Source: Felis catus (Eukaryota). Taken from it: a stretch of 64,000 bases of DNA. A program made the translations under genes and the position numbers. Location: the NCBI RefSeq assembly GCF_018350175.1, contig NC_058368.1, forward strand, positions 191,768,001 through 191,832,000, written 5' to 3'. Numbering within the stretch: the first letter of the stretch is position 1; every line of letters starts with the position of its first letter. Positions 61,300-64,000 of this stretch are shown here, in pieces. The notes below the pieces were generated by a model. The model did not search any database. It had not been told where the DNA came from and saw only the letters and a list, made by a program, of their open reading frames with translations.

Positions 61300-62060
61300 G
61301 GTCTTACATTTAGCAATATCCAGCATGCATCTGCCATGTGCTAACCAGTATTAGAAGTATAAGGCTGTGACTATGAGCAACATGTACAATGAAGCTTATA
61401 TTCTAATAGGAAAGAAGGAGAAAACCAAGATGATTCCAGACTCTAACCAGTTTGTAACAATTAAGGTTTGAAGTGGTTTGATAGAAAGTGGGTCAAGAGT
61501 AGATGGAAGGTTACATAGTGTGATGAGGCAGTCTTCTCTAAGGAAATTGTGAGCTCTGACTTACAGTAAGTAGGAGAAGACAGCCATGAAGAGACTCATG
61601 TGGAGAGTACATGGGGGAGAGAAAACAACAAATGCAGTGACTTGGAGGGAACAAAGATCCAGGCTTGACAGAGAAACAGGAAGTATGCCAGGGTGCTTAG
61701 AGCAGAAAAAAAAAAAAAAAAAAGAAAAAAGAAAAAACAAAAACAAAAACCAAAAAACAAGCAATGCAGGATGAGTTGCAAAGGAGGTCTGAATGGGTGA
61801 TAGTAAGGAACTTAGATTTCACTCTAAGTCACTAGGGAAAGCCATTAGAATTTAAACAAAGCAGTAATAGGCTCAGAAATGAATTTTTAAAAGATGACTC
61901 TGATTGCATGGACAAAGGACTGTCTAAACCAAGAGAATGAGCAAAGTGACTACTTAGGGGGTCTTTGCAGTAATCCAGTGGGACATGATGTTGGCTTGGC
62001 GAGGGTGATGGCAGAGAGTGAAGAAACACAAAGGATGTTCCTAACATATTAATGTAGGAC
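61300..62060 (-). mobile_element. L2 fragments
   Basis: gaagcttatattctaat...gggaaagccattagaatttaaaca...tttaaaagatgactctgattgc. Confidence 0.7.
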
Positions 62061-62739
62061 AGGCTGGAAAATGGTAAGCCTAAAGTCTTCTATTTTCAGA
62101 TATGTGGGTGTGAGTTAAGATGTATCCTATTTATGAGTGGGCTGTGTTCTAAAAGCTTGTTTATCATTAATCTCAATCTCAAGCCACATTTTCCCACAGG
62201 TACAGTATTAGTATCTGCTGTTGATTCATTTTAAACGATGAATCAGTCTAATATTTATACTGGTGATGGGCAGAAAACCCACAAAGTTCTGCCTTTTATC
62301 CATTATCTGACCTAATCTCAAAGAAGAATGGCTTCAAATCATCACATGCTGCCTAATGGATTTTTAATGTGTTTGTCTTTTTTTCTGTTGCCCAACTATT
62401 TATTTAAAATATCAATTTTATCCCCTATATTTCTCTAATAGAAAATAATCCTGGTAACATATAATATTAAGGTATTTAGGCTCTCCAAAAAGGAATATTG
62501 AACTGTTTAATGGTCTTATAAATCTTGGTTTACCAAGGATCTATCCCCAGAGTAGAAGGTACCAGAAACCTTTACTTGCAAAAGGGTAGCATCTAAGAAG
62601 AAGTTAGGGGGAAAAAGATATTTGGACTCACAAAACTTAAGGAAATGATTCCTTCTCTGAAAGAGTGTAACAGGACATGATGTTCACAATGAGACTGGTG
62701 AAATCTCTTAAGACAATATTTCTCAAGCTTAAATGTTCA

Positions 62740-64000
62740 GGAACTTCCAATTTGGGCTATGGTGGACTAGAGGGAATGGATTTACTCTCTTGACTTAAAC
62801 CATAAATATAGACAAAATATATCAGCCAACAATATTAAGACATTAAACAGGCAGCACAGGACAGTAATCACTACAGGAAGGAAAACAAACTAGGAGAGTC
62901 CTATGATGCCCTGACAATCATACCTAGAAAGAGTTTTGATCCCACAGTGTGGGAAGAGAGAATTCAGACAGCCCAGCTGAGAAAAAAGAGTTGAGAATTT
63001 GGGAAGCCACAGTGCTGAGAATTTGCCAGAGTAACTAGAGAGGAGAAGGCTGCACAAAGAACTCCAGAGATCTGCACAGGTTTTCACTCAAGTCTTCAGC
63101 TGAGTGCTGATTAGAGCATACATTTAAGAAAACTACCAGAACCTGAAGAAAGGAAACAGAATAATCCCTGGAGCTCATAGAGACTGGGTCATAGTTTATG
63201 TTGCCACCAGCCAGAATGGGAAAAACCTTGTAATCATGGGGCATCAGAGTTCTCAGAAGGGCATTGACTCTGAAGATGTAGAACAAAATTAGCCCTCAAC
63301 TAAAAGATACTCTGGTCCCACCCTGAAAAGCTTATTAAAAACAAGCCTTAAATGGTCAGACTATTTCTAAATAAATTGTGTCTCAAAACAAAGTGCATTA
63401 ATATTTAAAGAAATACAAAATTTATACCAACAAGGTAAAACCCACAGGTAGACAAGTAAGCAGGAAAATAGAACATATAATGAGAAAAAGAATCAACTAA
63501 TAGATATAAACTCAGAAGTTACACAGATGTTGGAACTAGCAGATAAGGACATTTAAAAAGTTATTATAAATCTCTTCCATATGTTGTAGAAGGAAGAAGA
63601 AAGCATAAGCATGTTAAAGAGACATGGAATATGTACCTTTTTAAAATAGATTCAAGTTGAGGGACACCTGGATGGCTCAGTCAGTTGGGTATCCAACTCT
63701 AGGTTTTGGCTCAGGTCATGATCTCATGGTTTATGAGTTCAAGCCCCACATTGGGCTCCAGGCTTGGGATTCTCTCTCTCTCAGAAATAAATAAACTTGA
63801 AAAAAGATTCAAGTTTAAACTTCTAAAGATATAAAATGCAATGACTGAGATGAAAAATATACGTAATAGGATTAACAATGGATTAGATAATGTTGAAGAA
63901 AACATTAGTGATTTTGAAGACATAGAAATGAAATGTATCCAAAATAAAACCCAGGGTAAAAATGAAACAGCATCAGTGAGCTGTAGAAAAACTATACAAG
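62740..64000 (+). mobile_element. Old L1MC/MD-type 5' region running into ORF1 (continues past the window)
   Basis: ggcagcacaggacagtaatc...ccagagatctgcac...gatgttggaactagcagataaggacattt...tgactgagatgaaaaata...attagtgattttgaagaca. Confidence 0.8.
63661..63799 (+). mobile_element. Internally shortened Can-SINE within L1
   Basis: TSD AGATTCAAGTT on both sides. The body lacks the usual mid segment. Confidence 0.9.

Noticed and set aside
62110..62250. Possible Tigger-type DNA transposon fragment
   Set aside because: The resemblance is too short and diverged to call without a Dfam search.

Overview
Eukaryotic, AT-rich mammalian DNA, almost certainly felid: it carries about 16 carnivore Can-SINEs (several of the young SINEC_Fc type) and a feline-type L1 3' segment. 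Most of the window is interspersed repeat: Can-SINE, MIR, L2, L1, MaLR and ERV1/ERVL solo LTRs, and hAT DNA transposons. Repeat family names come from recalled consensus sequences, and boundaries without a target-site duplication (TSD) are approximate. I recognise no known protein-coding gene; most supplied ORFs fall in repeats or look like chance frames. The best non-repeat signal is a chain of small minus-strand candidate exons in the first 9 kb (8686-8790, 3842-3984, 2279-2319, 1652-1728, 953-981, possibly a last exon starting at 373). They have canonical splice sites, three with perfect GTAAGT donors, and can be spliced into a 63-65 aa ORF that the ORF track cannot show. Whether this is a microprotein, the 5' end of a larger gene or a lncRNA cannot be decided from sequence alone. 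Other points: a perfect 98-bp tandem duplication, a four-layer nested transposon stack, and a solo LTR with intact promoter motifs but a decayed poly(A) signal. No CRISPR array, rRNA, true tRNA gene or CpG island was seen.
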